A program made the translations under genes and the position numbers. A DNA stretch of 64,000 bases, taken from contig CAVXSF010000009.1 of NCBI GenBank assembly GCA_963764345.1, forward strand, positions 131,116-195,115, read 5' to 3'. The notes beneath the pieces were generated by a model. The model was not told where the DNA came from. It saw only the letters and a program-made list of their open reading frames with translations, and made no database searches. Position 1 is the first letter of the stretch; each line of letters opens with the position of its first letter. Source of the DNA: an uncultured Bacteroidales bacterium. GTDB taxonomy: Bacteria > Bacteroidota > Bacteroidia > Bacteroidales > GCA-2748055. Positions 39,736 through 50,222 of the stretch are shown piece after piece.

Positions 39736-40359
39736 ATGAAACAACTCAGTCTAATTCTTAATGCTATCCTCATCATTGCCGTGGGTGTACTGTTTTATCT
39801 TCATTTCAGCGGGAAATCCAAAACAGCAGAACCGACCACTGTTACCACGGAACAAAACACGGATTCGCCTTCCGCCAATGCCGGGAATATCGCTTATGTT
39901 GAGATTGACACCCTGCTAAACAACATGAAGATGTATCAGGATCTTTCAGACCAGCTGGCTAAAAAGCAGAAAAAGATGGAATCTGAATTCGCGACCAAAT
40001 ACAAAAATTTCCAGAGTGAGGTCAGCGATTTTCAGAACAAAGTCCAGAAAGGTCTCATGACCAGCCGTGAAGCACAGGAACAGGAACAGCAATTATCGGG
40101 TAAAAGGATGGATCTTGAAAACCAGAGGAACGACTATCTCCGGCAGCTCCAGGAAGAAAATACGGTCAGCCAGAACAAGGTTATCGATTATATCATGAAT
40201 TACCTGAAAGATTATAATAAAGACGGCAGGTATGAATATATCCTCTCGTACAGTTTCGGCGGGGGCGTACTGTTTGCCGACAAGCGTCTCAACATTACCA
40301 GCGACGTGCTGAAAGGCATAAACGAGCGCTACAACCAGGAACAGACCACAACCAAATAG
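39736..40359 (+). CDS. OmpH/Skp-family periplasmic chaperone
   Basis: This 207-aa ORF has an N-terminal hydrophobic anchor and a long Lys/Gln/Glu-rich coiled-coil region (LADQLAKKQKKMESEFATKYKNFQSEVSDFQNKVQKG). Confidence 0.75.
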   Translation: MKQLSLILNAILIIAVGVLFYLHFSGKSKTAEPTTVTTEQNTDSPSANAGNIAYVEIDTLLNNMKMYQDLSDQLAKKQKKMESEFATKYKNFQSEVSDFQNKVQKGLMTSREAQEQEQQLSGKRMDLENQRNDYLRQLQEENTVSQNKVIDYIMNYLKDYNKDGRYEYILSYSFGGGVLFADKRLNITSDVLKGINERYNQEQTTTK

Positions 40360-40364
40360 CTTTC

Positions 40365-41621
40365 ATGAGTATTGCCGGCCTTTATCTGAAGCGGCATGCG
40401 CCGGGCAACCGCCTTATCGATGCCGGGCCGGCAGAACATCTCAGGTACATTGTTGTGATACCGGCATATAACGAATCCGGGCTGCACCACAGCCTGGATT
40501 CGCTTTTTAAGACCCTGACTGTCGAGGAAGCAGTTGAGATCCTGGTAGTGATCAACTGGCCTGAGGACGCCCCTGAGGAGGTCAGGGAATTCAACATCCA
40601 TCTTTACAGGGAATACTCAGCACGATACGGCAACAGTCCGGATCCGGGTATACGCTGTCATTTTATCCTGGCAGGTGATCTGCCTGCCCGGTATGCCGGG
40701 GCAGGGCTGGCCAGGAAGATTGGCATGGATGAAGCAATCCGGCGTTTTGAGGCCGCCGGGACAGAGGACGGCATTATTCTGTCGTTTGATGCCGATACGA
40801 TTTGTGATCCGGACTATTTCACCGCCATCCGGGATCATTTCCTTTCACATCCCGGTACCTGTGGGTGCAGCATCCGTTTTGAACATCCGCTGCATGGCAC
40901 AGGATTCGAACCCGCGGTTTACAGGGCAGTGACTTTTTATGAGCTACATATACGATATTATCTCAGGGGACTGCGTTCGACAGGGCATCCGAATGTCTAT
41001 CATACCGTTGGCTCGGCCTTCGCGGTAAGGGCCGACGCCTATTGCCGTCAGGGCGGCATGAACCGCAGGAAAGCCGGGGAAGATTTTTATTTTCTTCAGA
41101 AACTGTTCGGGGCAGGTGATTTTTCAGAATGCAACAGCACAAGGGTGGTGCCGTCACCCCGGCCTTCCGACCGGGTAGTCTTTGGCACCGGACCTGCAAT
41201 ACGGGAATTTCTTCAGACCGGCCGGGAGCCATTGACTTTCCATCCGGAGACATTCAGGTTCATCGGACGATTTTTAAGCCGCACTGAAAAGTTGTATAAA
41301 ATAAGCGAGGCCGGGTACACTGCATTTTCAGATGAGACCGACGGCCTGATGGCTTCTTTTCTGCAGGCGAACCGGTTTTGGGAAGTTCTGACGGAGATCA
41401 ACTCCAACGTGTCGACGCCCGAAAGTTTCCACAAGCGGTTGTTAAGATGGTTCAATATGTTCAGGATGCTAAAGTTTTTGAACTCGTGCAAAAATGAATA
41501 TCCGCCAGTCGCGGTGACGGCTGCGGCGAAGACTATGTTGGAACACGACGGGATTGATGCTGAGGGTAAAACGACGACTGAGATTTTGGAGATATACCGG
41601 GAACAGGAGCTGAAACAGTGA
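40365..41621 (+). CDS. Family 2-type glycosyltransferase
   Basis: The N-terminal segment VVIPAYNES and a downstream FDADT acidic motif fit GT2. The ORF is 418 aa. Confidence 0.65.
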   Translation: MSIAGLYLKRHAPGNRLIDAGPAEHLRYIVVIPAYNESGLHHSLDSLFKTLTVEEAVEILVVINWPEDAPEEVREFNIHLYREYSARYGNSPDPGIRCHFILAGDLPARYAGAGLARKIGMDEAIRRFEAAGTEDGIILSFDADTICDPDYFTAIRDHFLSHPGTCGCSIRFEHPLHGTGFEPAVYRAVTFYELHIRYYLRGLRSTGHPNVYHTVGSAFAVRADAYCRQGGMNRRKAGEDFYFLQKLFGAGDFSECNSTRVVPSPRPSDRVVFGTGPAIREFLQTGREPLTFHPETFRFIGRFLSRTEKLYKISEAGYTAFSDETDGLMASFLQANRFWEVLTEINSNVSTPESFHKRLLRWFNMFRMLKFLNSCKNEYPPVAVTAAAKTMLEHDGIDAEGKTTTEILEIYREQELKQ

Positions 41622-41629
41622 ATATCCGT

Positions 41630-41986
41630 TCAATGCTCCACGATCACAAATATATCCTCGTTATCCTTCTTCATCAGGTATTGTTCCCTGGCGAACTTTT
41701 CCAGGTTCTTCGAATTGGTCATCAGTTCCTTAAGACGGGTTGAGTCGGCCGCGATCCTTTGGATGTAATAATTTTTATCTTTTTGCAGCTGGTGAACCTC
41801 CCTTACCAGTTTGTACCGGTCGACCAGGTTATTCTGATCGAAAAACAGTATCCATATTACAAAGAGCGAAAGGCTCAGCAGGTACTTGCTTTTCAGGATG
41901 GGTAATATTATGTCGAAAAATTTTTTCACCACCGGGTTGTATATATTCACGACGAATATATGAAAAAAGGAAGGCCGTGATAACAA
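41630..41986 (-). CDS. Septum formation initiator family protein (FtsB/DivIC-like)
   Basis: One TM segment is followed by a coiled coil (LVDRYKLVREVHQLQKDKNYYIQRIAADSTRLKELMTNSKNLEKFAREQYLMKKDNEDIFVI). The true start is probably internal (the GTG before KKFFDII). Confidence 0.7.
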   Translation of the reverse strand: MLSRPSFFHIFVVNIYNPVVKKFFDIILPILKSKYLLSLSLFVIWILFFDQNNLVDRYKLVREVHQLQKDKNYYIQRIAADSTRLKELMTNSKNLEKFAREQYLMKKDNEDIFVIVEH

Positions 41987-42022
41987 CCTTCCACTTAAAT
42001 TATCAACAATACTGCAGAAATG

Positions 42023-43648
42023 CTATAGCATGAACGGGTATTTGAAATCCATCGCCGGCCTGAAATTTTCCTTAATAGTGCGTGGCGACACCCAGCGATA
42101 GAGATTGATGATGGAACCCGCCTTGTCGTTTGTACCCGAACCTCTTGATCCGCCAAAGGGTTGCTGTCCGACCACAGCACCGGTAGGCTTGTCGTTGATA
42201 TAAAAATTCCCGGCTGTATTTTCCAGTTTGCAGGTCGCCACCTCAATGGCATAGCGGTCAATGGCAAACACAGCACCGGTAAGTCCGTAAATGGTGGATT
42301 TATCCAGAAGGTCAAGGGTCTCTTCGTATTTATCATCCTTGTAAATGTAAACGGTCAGTACCGGCCCGAACAGCTCTTCCCGCATGGTGATGTAGTGGGG
42401 ATCGGTCGTTTGTATTACGGTAGGCTCGATGAAATAACCGACGGATTTATCACTTTTTCCACCGAAGATAACTTCTGCCTCCGTATCTTTTTCTGCCTGT
42501 TCGATGAACGACGTCAGTTTGTTGAACGAAGGTTCATCGATGACAGCATTAAAGAAATTACTAAAATCTTCCGCCGGCCCCATTTTGATCTCACTTAAGG
42601 CCTTTCCGATCATTTTTCTGATCTCAGGCCATTTGCTTTCCGGCAGGTAAACCCTCGACACTGCCGAGCATTTCTGTCCCTGGTATTCAAAAGCACCGCG
42701 TATGATAGCCGTCACCAGCTGATTGAGATTGGCACTATGGTGAGCGATAATAAAATCTTTTCCCCCGGTTTCGCCAACAATCCGGGGATAGGTTTTATAG
42801 TGGGGAATATTTTCGCCGATGGTTTTCCAGATATTCTGAAATACCTGCGTGGATCCGGTAAAATGGATACCGCCGAAATCAGGATTACTAAAGATCTCCT
42901 GGCCTGCCACGGGTCCTGAGACATACACGAGATTGATCACCCCGTCGGGCAGACCTGCTTCGTGAAGAACCTCCATGATGACGCTGGCGGCATAAACAGC
43001 AGTATTAGAAGGTTTCCAGACCACCGTATTACCCATGATGGCCGGGGCTGTCGGAAGGTTTCCTGCAATAGAGGTAAAATTGAACGGTGTAAGCGCGAAA
43101 ACAAATCCTTCGAGAGGACGCTGTTCCACCCTGTTCCACATATATTCACCAGAGATGGGCTGCTGCGAATAGATCTCCGTCATATAATGAACATTGAAAC
43201 GCAGGAAGTCGATGAGTTCGCAGGCTGAATCGATCTCAGCCTGGTATGGATTTTTAGACTGGCCAAGCATCGTAGCTGCATTGATCCTGAACCTGTATTT
43301 TCCGGCCAGCAGTGAGGCAGCCCTCAGAAACACCGATGCCCTGTTTTCCCAGGAGATATTCTGCCACTCCCTCTTGGCTTTCATCGCAGCCTCTATGGCC
43401 ATGTTCACATGCGAGGCATCGCCCTTATGATAATATCCCAAAACATGCTGATGATCATGAGGCGGATGAATGGCGACGCGGTTGCCGGATCTGATCTCTT
43501 TCCCGCCAATGATCATCGGAAGGTCTGCCTCCACAGAGCGCATGCCGGTAATCGCCTTCTTCAGTTCCGTTCTCTCCGGCGTACCGGGAGCATAAGAATA
43601 AACCGGTTCATTTTTCGGTTCGGGAACTTTGAAAAATCCTGTTGCCAT
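42023..43648 (-). CDS. pruA: L-glutamate gamma-semialdehyde (1-pyrroline-5-carboxylate) dehydrogenase
   Basis: This is a 541-aa aldehyde dehydrogenase with VGETGGKDF, the catalytic Cys in GQKCSAVSR, and the C-terminal motif RWVSPRTIKE typical of PruA. Confidence 0.85.
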   Translation of the reverse strand: MATGFFKVPEPKNEPVYSYAPGTPERTELKKAITGMRSVEADLPMIIGGKEIRSGNRVAIHPPHDHQHVLGYYHKGDASHVNMAIEAAMKAKREWQNISWENRASVFLRAASLLAGKYRFRINAATMLGQSKNPYQAEIDSACELIDFLRFNVHYMTEIYSQQPISGEYMWNRVEQRPLEGFVFALTPFNFTSIAGNLPTAPAIMGNTVVWKPSNTAVYAASVIMEVLHEAGLPDGVINLVYVSGPVAGQEIFSNPDFGGIHFTGSTQVFQNIWKTIGENIPHYKTYPRIVGETGGKDFIIAHHSANLNQLVTAIIRGAFEYQGQKCSAVSRVYLPESKWPEIRKMIGKALSEIKMGPAEDFSNFFNAVIDEPSFNKLTSFIEQAEKDTEAEVIFGGKSDKSVGYFIEPTVIQTTDPHYITMREELFGPVLTVYIYKDDKYEETLDLLDKSTIYGLTGAVFAIDRYAIEVATCKLENTAGNFYINDKPTGAVVGQQPFGGSRGSGTNDKAGSIINLYRWVSPRTIKENFRPAMDFKYPFML

Positions 43649-44091
43649 AGTGTGTGTATAAAGATTTATTTATGCGACCAAAAGTAGATCAATTTCTTTT
43701 TAAACAGACCCTGTAACTTCATATTATATAACAGCTTACAAAAAAGGCCGAATACTATTTTTTCATCAAATAAGGCTCATTTCTTATTGATTGCAACTTC
43801 CAGCCTCCTTCCGCTTTCTGATTATTGTGTTTGACGGCTAATTTCATCCTTTTAATCAACAGCTGATCCTTCACAAGGGCTGAAAATATTTTCACGTGCC
43901 AGATAAAAACATGATAAAAGTCAATATTAACAGGCATTTCAGAGAGGAACGCAGATTTGGCCCAGGTTTAACGAATTTTAACCGGATAACAAGATGTCCT
44001 TTGCTAAACAATATTGATTTTGTACTGTTATACCGTTGAATATTGATTATTTAGAATCATTCTAATGTTGAACAATTAAAAAATAAATGAG

Positions 44092-44694
44092 ATGTCATTT
44101 GAATTACCTAAATTAAATTATGGATATGATGCACTGGAACCGTACATCGACGCACGCACAATGGAAATCCACTACACCAAGCACCATGGAGGCTATACGA
44201 CGAAACTCAATGATGCGGTTAAAGGGACCAGCCTTGAAGGAAAAAGCATTGAAGAAATTTTCTCTAACATATCAAAAGCACCGTTAGCAGTGAGAAACAA
44301 TGGCGGAGGATATTATAATCACAAATTATTCTGGACGGTGATGTCGCCCAATGGAGGGGGCAAACCAAAGGGAGATCTGGCTGATGCCATTGATAAAAAC
44401 TTCGGATCGTTCGATGCTTTCAAACAAAAATTCAGTACTGCAGCCGCCACCCGTTTCGGATCGGGATGGGCCTGGCTGATCAAAAAGGGTGACGGCAGCC
44501 TTGATGTCGTATCGACGCCCAACCAGGATAACACACTGATGGATGTGGCCGAGGTAAAAGGAACGCCTGTCCTGGGTCTTGATGTTTGGGAACATGCTTA
44601 TTATCTGAAATATCAGAACAAACGTCCCGAGTATATCGATGCTTTCTGGAATGTGGTTAACTGGGATGAAGTCAGCAAGAGATTCAGTTCATAA
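44092..44694 (+). CDS. Fe/Mn-family superoxide dismutase
   Basis: Motifs are [26 protein letters not shown] and [19 protein letters not shown] cannot assign the metal specificity. Confidence 0.95.
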   Translation: MSFELPKLNYGYDALEPYIDARTMEIHYTKHHGGYTTKLNDAVKGTSLEGKSIEEIFSNISKAPLAVRNNGGGYYNHKLFWTVMSPNGGGKPKGDLADAIDKNFGSFDAFKQKFSTAAATRFGSGWAWLIKKGDGSLDVVSTPNQDNTLMDVAEVKGTPVLGLDVWEHAYYLKYQNKRPEYIDAFWNVVNWDEVSKRFSS

Positions 44695-44734
44695 ACTGGT
44701 TGATTAACAGTTGGATTGTTAGTTAGTTGATTGG

Positions 44735-44767
44735 GGCTGTTTTCGTTAAGAAGACAGCCTTTTTTTT
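44735..44767 (+). terminator. Rho-independent terminator after the SOD gene
   Basis: The stem pairs GGCTGTTTT with AAGACAGCC (one mismatch) around the loop CGTTAAG. A run of 8 T follows. Confidence 0.6.
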
Positions 44768-44877
44768 GCTATATGTTCCACTTCTTTCATAACCCTCAGG
44801 GGGAGTAAGCGATCTGTTGTTGTCAAAACTGCATGAAGCCAGCAAGGCAAGACCCGCCGATAAATAAAATATAGCTT

Positions 44878-46710
44878 TCATCCTTTAATGGGTTCTGAGG
44901 GTATGTTGTACAATTCCTGCACTGAGAACCGCTCCAGAATGGATTCGTCGTTGATCTCTCTTGAAAGGGAGGATATGGTTTCGATGGGAACATCGTACAG
45001 GTCGAGGATCAACAGGCCGTCGAGGGCGTCGTTGAATTTGGGGTCGATGTTGAAACCGATGATCTTCCCGTTTTGTTTGAGGTACTTCTTAAGCAGCACG
45101 GGCATATTATAGTTGGACGTCTCGATGTCCTTGATAAATTTGTCAAACTTATTCAGGTCGTCAGCCGTTTCCATGATAATCTCGGTATCAAGGTCACGGG
45201 ATTCCTCAACCACAAATTTTTTTCTTGACCTGATGTATTTTGCAAACTTATGGTTATAATGGTTGAGCATGATGTATCGGATGATCATCCCTTTGGAAAA
45301 GTTCGAGAAGCGGTTGCTGATGCTCACCGGTCCTATCAGGTAGCGGTATTCAGGATTTTTGATGAGGAAATACAGAATCCCTTTCCATAAAAGGAACAGG
45401 GGAAGGGGCTTTTTCTGGTAATCGGCCACAATGAAAGAGCGTCCCAGTTCGAGCGATTGTTCGAGCACAGGGTAAAACCGGTGGTTTATCCGGAAAAGGC
45501 TTTTAATGTAAAAGCCATTGATCCCGTACTGGGTCATGATGTCTTTGCCTTTTCCTACGCGGTAAGACCCTACGATTTTTTTTTCGCTGTTATCCCAGAC
45601 AAAGAGATGGTTGTAATAGAGGTCGAACTCGTCGATATCGATACTCCGGTTTGTCCCTTCACCGATAAGCCTGAAGGTATTCTCCCGCAGGCGGCCCAGT
45701 TCGTTCATCACGGCGGGCAGACAGTACGAAGGCGCGCAGAAGACCTGGAATTCGCCGCTCTCAAAAAGCATATACCGCTCCCTTATCTGGCTAACTTCCT
45801 GTTCGAGATCTTCGCTTCTGACGGGAGGAATGACATCCTCCACCTTTTTTGACCTGGCTATTCCGGGAGTGAAAAACTTATGGACTTCGATGGCCGAGCC
45901 GAGGGCAAACGTCTTCGCGCGCAGGAATCTTCCGTAACGTTCGATATCGGTAAACTGCGACTGTTCTTTTACGGTGATAGGATTCCCAATACGTATCCGG
46001 ATGACTCGTTTCTTTTTATTGAACAATTCAGATGGAAGCCTTACCGTACGAAGGGAGGGATGTATCAGTCCGAGAAGGTGGAACAGCCGGCTGTTTGATC
46101 CGGTAAAATACACCGGTACTACAGGTACGCCGGCTTTCTTTATCATTTTAAGTGCGGAGATCTGCCATTTACGATCGCTGATTCCAACGGTATACATATT
46201 ATAGCTCGAAACTTCGCCGGCCGGAAAAATTCCCAGTGGATTTCCTTCTTCAAGGTGCTTCAGGGCATATTTAATACCTGTTATGCTCGATTTGATGTCC
46301 TTCCGGTCCTCGAAAGGGTTGACCGGCAGTATAAAATCTTTCACCGGTTCCACCCGCTGCATCAGGAAATTGGCAAGTACCTTATAGTCGGGGCGAACCA
46401 TTGTGATGATCTTGATCATGAGCATTCCGTCGATACCTCCGAAAGGATGATTGGAGACAGTAATGAAGGGACCGGTTTTTGGAATACGATTCAGTTCTTC
46501 TTCGCTGACCTCGTAGTTCAGTTTCAGTTCACTGATCAGGGAATCGATAAAATCGATTCCCTGTTTATGGGCAATTTCAGAATACAGCTTGTTGATTTTA
46601 TTGATCCGGAGAAGAAGCATCAGTACCCTTGCCGCGCTCGCCCCGCCGAACTTATTCAACTTTGCCGCGTTTATGATATCTTCTGTTTCGATCAGTTTCT
46701 TCATAGCCAC
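44878..46710 (-). CDS. Fused acyltransferase: N-terminal PlsC-like O-acyltransferase + C-terminal GNAT/hemolysin-like N-acyltransferase (OlsF-like aminolipid synthase candidate)
   Basis: The ORF is 610 aa. The N-terminal half carries VSNHPFGGIDG and FPAGEVS blocks. The C-terminal half carries ELGRLRENTFRLIGEGTNRSIDIDEFDLYYNHLFVWD...IVGSYRVG, as in OlsB-type N-acyltransferases. Confidence 0.6.
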   Translation of the reverse strand: MAMKKLIETEDIINAAKLNKFGGASAARVLMLLLRINKINKLYSEIAHKQGIDFIDSLISELKLNYEVSEEELNRIPKTGPFITVSNHPFGGIDGMLMIKIITMVRPDYKVLANFLMQRVEPVKDFILPVNPFEDRKDIKSSITGIKYALKHLEEGNPLGIFPAGEVSSYNMYTVGISDRKWQISALKMIKKAGVPVVPVYFTGSNSRLFHLLGLIHPSLRTVRLPSELFNKKKRVIRIRIGNPITVKEQSQFTDIERYGRFLRAKTFALGSAIEVHKFFTPGIARSKKVEDVIPPVRSEDLEQEVSQIRERYMLFESGEFQVFCAPSYCLPAVMNELGRLRENTFRLIGEGTNRSIDIDEFDLYYNHLFVWDNSEKKIVGSYRVGKGKDIMTQYGINGFYIKSLFRINHRFYPVLEQSLELGRSFIVADYQKKPLPLFLLWKGILYFLIKNPEYRYLIGPVSISNRFSNFSKGMIIRYIMLNHYNHKFAKYIRSRKKFVVEESRDLDTEIIMETADDLNKFDKFIKDIETSNYNMPVLLKKYLKQNGKIIGFNIDPKFNDALDGLLILDLYDVPIETISSLSREINDESILERFSVQELYNIPSEPIKG

Positions 46711-46972
46711 ACGGACAATTGGTACGAAGCCAAAGATAAATGAAAAAATACGGATTTGTGAAGAATCGGAGGGAAATAATGGGAAGAGGGATAGAGGGAA
46801 AAAAGTATTCAGTTACCCGCAGCCCGCACCTGATCATGATAAAAAGGAAATGATATCTGAAAGTCTCCCACCGGAGTTTCCGTGCTCCGAAATCATGACG
46901 GCAGGGCTGTTTACAAGGTAGAAGGAATGGCATTTATCCCATCCGATCTGTTTCGTGTCTGCCTCCTCACAC

Positions 46973-47608
46973 CTAACTGATAATCCAGATACTGATAATG
47001 GCAGCCATGCCGAGGGTGAAGATGACCACTCCGGCTACTTTGTTCATCCACCAGATATTTTTAAGCCTGAACCTGTCGCGCCAGTAATCCACGAAAGTGC
47101 TCAGCAGAAACCACCACACCCCCGATCCGGCAGTAACGCCTGCCACCATAGTGAAAAGCCTGAAAACGCTGACCGGCCCCGAGGCCAGGTTAATACCTGC
47201 GAACATGGCCAGGAAAAAGAATATCCCCATAGGATTGGTGATGGTGAGGAAAAAAACGGAAAAGAAGTCCTGCGAAAGCTTGTTACGGTTCATCCTCTGA
47301 AGACGTAGCTGACGGACGGGGTTGGTATAGAATATATGGATGCCCAGGTAGATAATGATCAATCCGCCAATCAACTGGAAATAGATATGTTGTTGTTTGA
47401 TGAAGGAAATAATAAAGGTCACGCCTAATCCTGCGATCAGAGCAAAGAATGTATCTGCAGCGGTAGCCCCCAGTCCTGAGTAGAACCCTGATTTTCTACC
47501 CTTGTTCAGCGTCCGCTGTACACAAAGGACACCGATAGGCCCGAGTGGTATTGAAGCCATCAGCCCTATGATCAGCCCCTTAAAAAATATTTCGAGTTCA
47601 ATCCCCAT
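46973..47608 (-). CDS. LysE/RhtB-family amino-acid exporter
   Basis: I chose ATG 47608 (MGIELEIFFKGLIIGLMASIPLGPIG). The protein is about 211 aa with multiple TM segments. The track start at 47734 adds an unlikely 42-aa leader. Confidence 0.75.
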   Translation of the reverse strand: MGIELEIFFKGLIIGLMASIPLGPIGVLCVQRTLNKGRKSGFYSGLGATAADTFFALIAGLGVTFIISFIKQQHIYFQLIGGLIIIYLGIHIFYTNPVRQLRLQRMNRNKLSQDFFSVFFLTITNPMGIFFFLAMFAGINLASGPVSVFRLFTMVAGVTAGSGVWWFLLSTFVDYWRDRFRLKNIWWMNKVAGVVIFTLGMAAIISIWIIS

Positions 47609-47874
47609 TAAAGACTCATAACGATTGTCACCTGGCGTGTTCCAGTTTTTCAACAATGCAGAATGACTTTCCGGAAAAATACTAACGCCGGTCTTACCCT
47701 TCAGGGTTTCACGGGCAAAAAGGCATGAAAACACTACGTATCCCGCAGAGCATTTTTCCGATTGTACAAAGAAACTAATTCTAATTCATTTAAACTTCCT
47801 TAATATAACAATATTTAAAAAGTATCGTTGATTAAAGCAAATTTCCATGATATTTCGTTTATTTTGCGCTGCAA

Positions 47875-49476
47875 ATGCATTATCTGATGACTAGAAAAAA
47901 ACAGTTATTTCTCTGCCTCCTCTCCGGCCTTTTATTCGTACCGGCCTGGTATACCTGGGGCAGCGGGCTCTTCCTTTTTGTGGCCTTCATTCCGCTGCTT
48001 TTTGTCGAGGCCGACATGGTTGAAAGAAAAGTCAAGGGGTCATCCTGGTTCTGGCTTCCGTTCCTCACCTTTGTTATCTGGAATTTCCTTACGACATGGT
48101 GGCTAAAAAACGCTTCCTTTCCCGGAATGTTGTTTGCCGTAGCCATTAACTCTTTTTTCATGAGTATACCGTTCTGGCTGTTCACCCAGACGCACCGTCG
48201 CCTTGGTGACGGTTTCGGATATTTCTCACTGCTGTTCTACTGGCTGGCCTTCGAATTTCTATACCTGCATGGCGAAATCTCCTGGACCTGGCTCAACCTG
48301 GGGAATGGATTTGCAAATAACGTAAAACTGATCCAGTGGTATGAGTTCACCGGCACTCTTGGCGGATCAGCCTGGGTGCTGATGGTGAACATGCTTCTGT
48401 TTAAAACCATCCGGTCGTACCTTACGAAGAAAACAGTCAGACCTGTGCTGACTGAAACCATTCTGGCGGCATTGCTGATCATCGTCCCCATCACCTGGTC
48501 GGTTATCAGATACCACACCTACACTGAAAAATCCCATCCCTATAATATTGCCATCATTCAGCCCAATATCGACCCGTACGAAAAGTTTAATGACATTCCG
48601 CCCGATCAGCAGATGGATATTCTGCTGCACATCGCCGATTCCCTTGGCTCGCCTTCGACCGACTATTTTGTGGCTCCTGAGACCTTTATCAACAACAATG
48701 TCTGGGAAAGCGAGATTCACTTGAATGAAAGTGTTCTCAGAATCAAACGTTTCGTGGAGCGGTATCCCCGGTCAAAGTTTGTAATCGGAGCAACCACTTA
48801 CCGGCTTTACAGTGATATGGCCACAAAAACCGCCCGGCCCTTTCAGGACAAATATTATTATGACTCTTTCAACTCAGCACTGCAGATCGATACTTCCAAC
48901 AACATCCCCATTTACCACAAATCACAACTGGTGGTCGGGGTTGAGAAAATGCCTTATCCGCAATACTTCAGATTCCTCGAGAAGCTGACCCTGCGTCTGG
49001 GTGGAACGTTCAGGAGTAACGGGACACAGGATTACCGCGAAGCTTTTCCCTCGCCCCAGGACAGCACCAGGGTAGGTCCGGTGATCTGCTACGAGTCCAT
49101 CTTTGGCGAATTTGTGACCGATTACGTTTCGCAGGCCGGAGCAAACCTGATTTTCGTCATCACCAATGACGGATGGTGGGGAAATACACCGGGGTATATC
49201 CAGCATAACAGTTTTTCATCCCTTAGAGCCATCGAGACACGACGCAGCATTGCACGCTCTGCCAATACAGGCATTTCATCTTTTATTGACCAGCGCGGCA
49301 AGATCCTTCAAAGTCTGGGCTGGTGGAAGCGCGGTGGATTGAAAGGCACTCTTAACGCCAATGATGCCATTACCTTTTATGTACAATATGGCGATTATAT
49401 CGGCCGGATCTCCGTTTTTACCGGCATCTTAATTTTGCTATATACCCTGGTCAGGTTTCTAATAAAAAAATCCTGA
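47875..49476 (+). CDS. lnt: Apolipoprotein N-acyltransferase
   Basis: The ORF is 533 aa. An N-terminal polytopic membrane domain is followed by a CN-hydrolase domain with the catalytic Cys context VICYESIFGEF. Confidence 0.85.
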   Translation: MHYLMTRKKQLFLCLLSGLLFVPAWYTWGSGLFLFVAFIPLLFVEADMVERKVKGSSWFWLPFLTFVIWNFLTTWWLKNASFPGMLFAVAINSFFMSIPFWLFTQTHRRLGDGFGYFSLLFYWLAFEFLYLHGEISWTWLNLGNGFANNVKLIQWYEFTGTLGGSAWVLMVNMLLFKTIRSYLTKKTVRPVLTETILAALLIIVPITWSVIRYHTYTEKSHPYNIAIIQPNIDPYEKFNDIPPDQQMDILLHIADSLGSPSTDYFVAPETFINNNVWESEIHLNESVLRIKRFVERYPRSKFVIGATTYRLYSDMATKTARPFQDKYYYDSFNSALQIDTSNNIPIYHKSQLVVGVEKMPYPQYFRFLEKLTLRLGGTFRSNGTQDYREAFPSPQDSTRVGPVICYESIFGEFVTDYVSQAGANLIFVITNDGWWGNTPGYIQHNSFSSLRAIETRRSIARSANTGISSFIDQRGKILQSLGWWKRGGLKGTLNANDAITFYVQYGDYIGRISVFTGILILLYTLVRFLIKKS

Positions 49477-49676
49477 CTGTAGCATATAAAATTAAAATGC
49501 CGCTATTCAATTTAGTCGCATAAGTAAGCCTCAGAGATTGACGCTGCGACAAGAATAAATAGTTCAGCATTTTCCATTTTAATCTTGCACCCACATTCAA
49601 TTTTTTTCGTAATTTTTCCACGTTCCGGGCAACCCCCGGAAAAAAACGCTGTCTTTCTTAAAGAAAATCCATCTCA

Positions 49677-50222
49677 TTGAGCACGTCTTACAGGGAAATA
49701 CACAAAGAGATCATAGAGCTCAGCAAGGCCGGCAACCGGAAGGCGCAATATCAGCTTTACAGCTTATACACCCGGGCCCTGTTCAATATGTGCATGCGTA
49801 TGCTGAATAGCCGTGTGGAAGCAGAAGATTCCCTGCAGGATGCCTTCACGGAGATCTTTGACAAACTTGGCAGTTACAGATATGAATCCGCGTTCGGCGC
49901 CTGGGCGAAACGGATCGTGGTCAACACCTGCATCAACAAGCTTAGAAAGAAGAGTGTACCCCTGCTATTCAGGGATGAAATTCCCGACAACAGTTACGGG
50001 GAAGACACGGATGATGAAGGCCCGGTATTGTCGGTGGATCTGGTCAGGCAGGCGCTCTCCTCACTTCCTGAAGGATACAGGGTTATTTTCAGCCTGTATC
50101 TGCTGGAAGGTTATGATCACAGCGAAATATCGCAGATTCTGGGAATTACGGAGTCTACCTCCAAAACCCAGTATATGAAAGCGAAACGGAAAATGAAAGA
50201 ACTATTAATGCAACAGAAATGA
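49677..50222 (+). CDS. ECF-type RNA polymerase sigma-70 factor (second copy in the window)
   Basis: Region 2 reads VEAEDSLQDAFTEIF...GAWAKRIVVNTCI. Region 4 reads PEGYRVIFSLYLLEGYDHSEISQILGITESTSKTQYMKAKRKM. Confidence 0.9.
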   Translation: MSTSYREIHKEIIELSKAGNRKAQYQLYSLYTRALFNMCMRMLNSRVEAEDSLQDAFTEIFDKLGSYRYESAFGAWAKRIVVNTCINKLRKKSVPLLFRDEIPDNSYGEDTDDEGPVLSVDLVRQALSSLPEGYRVIFSLYLLEGYDHSEISQILGITESTSKTQYMKAKRKMKELLMQQK

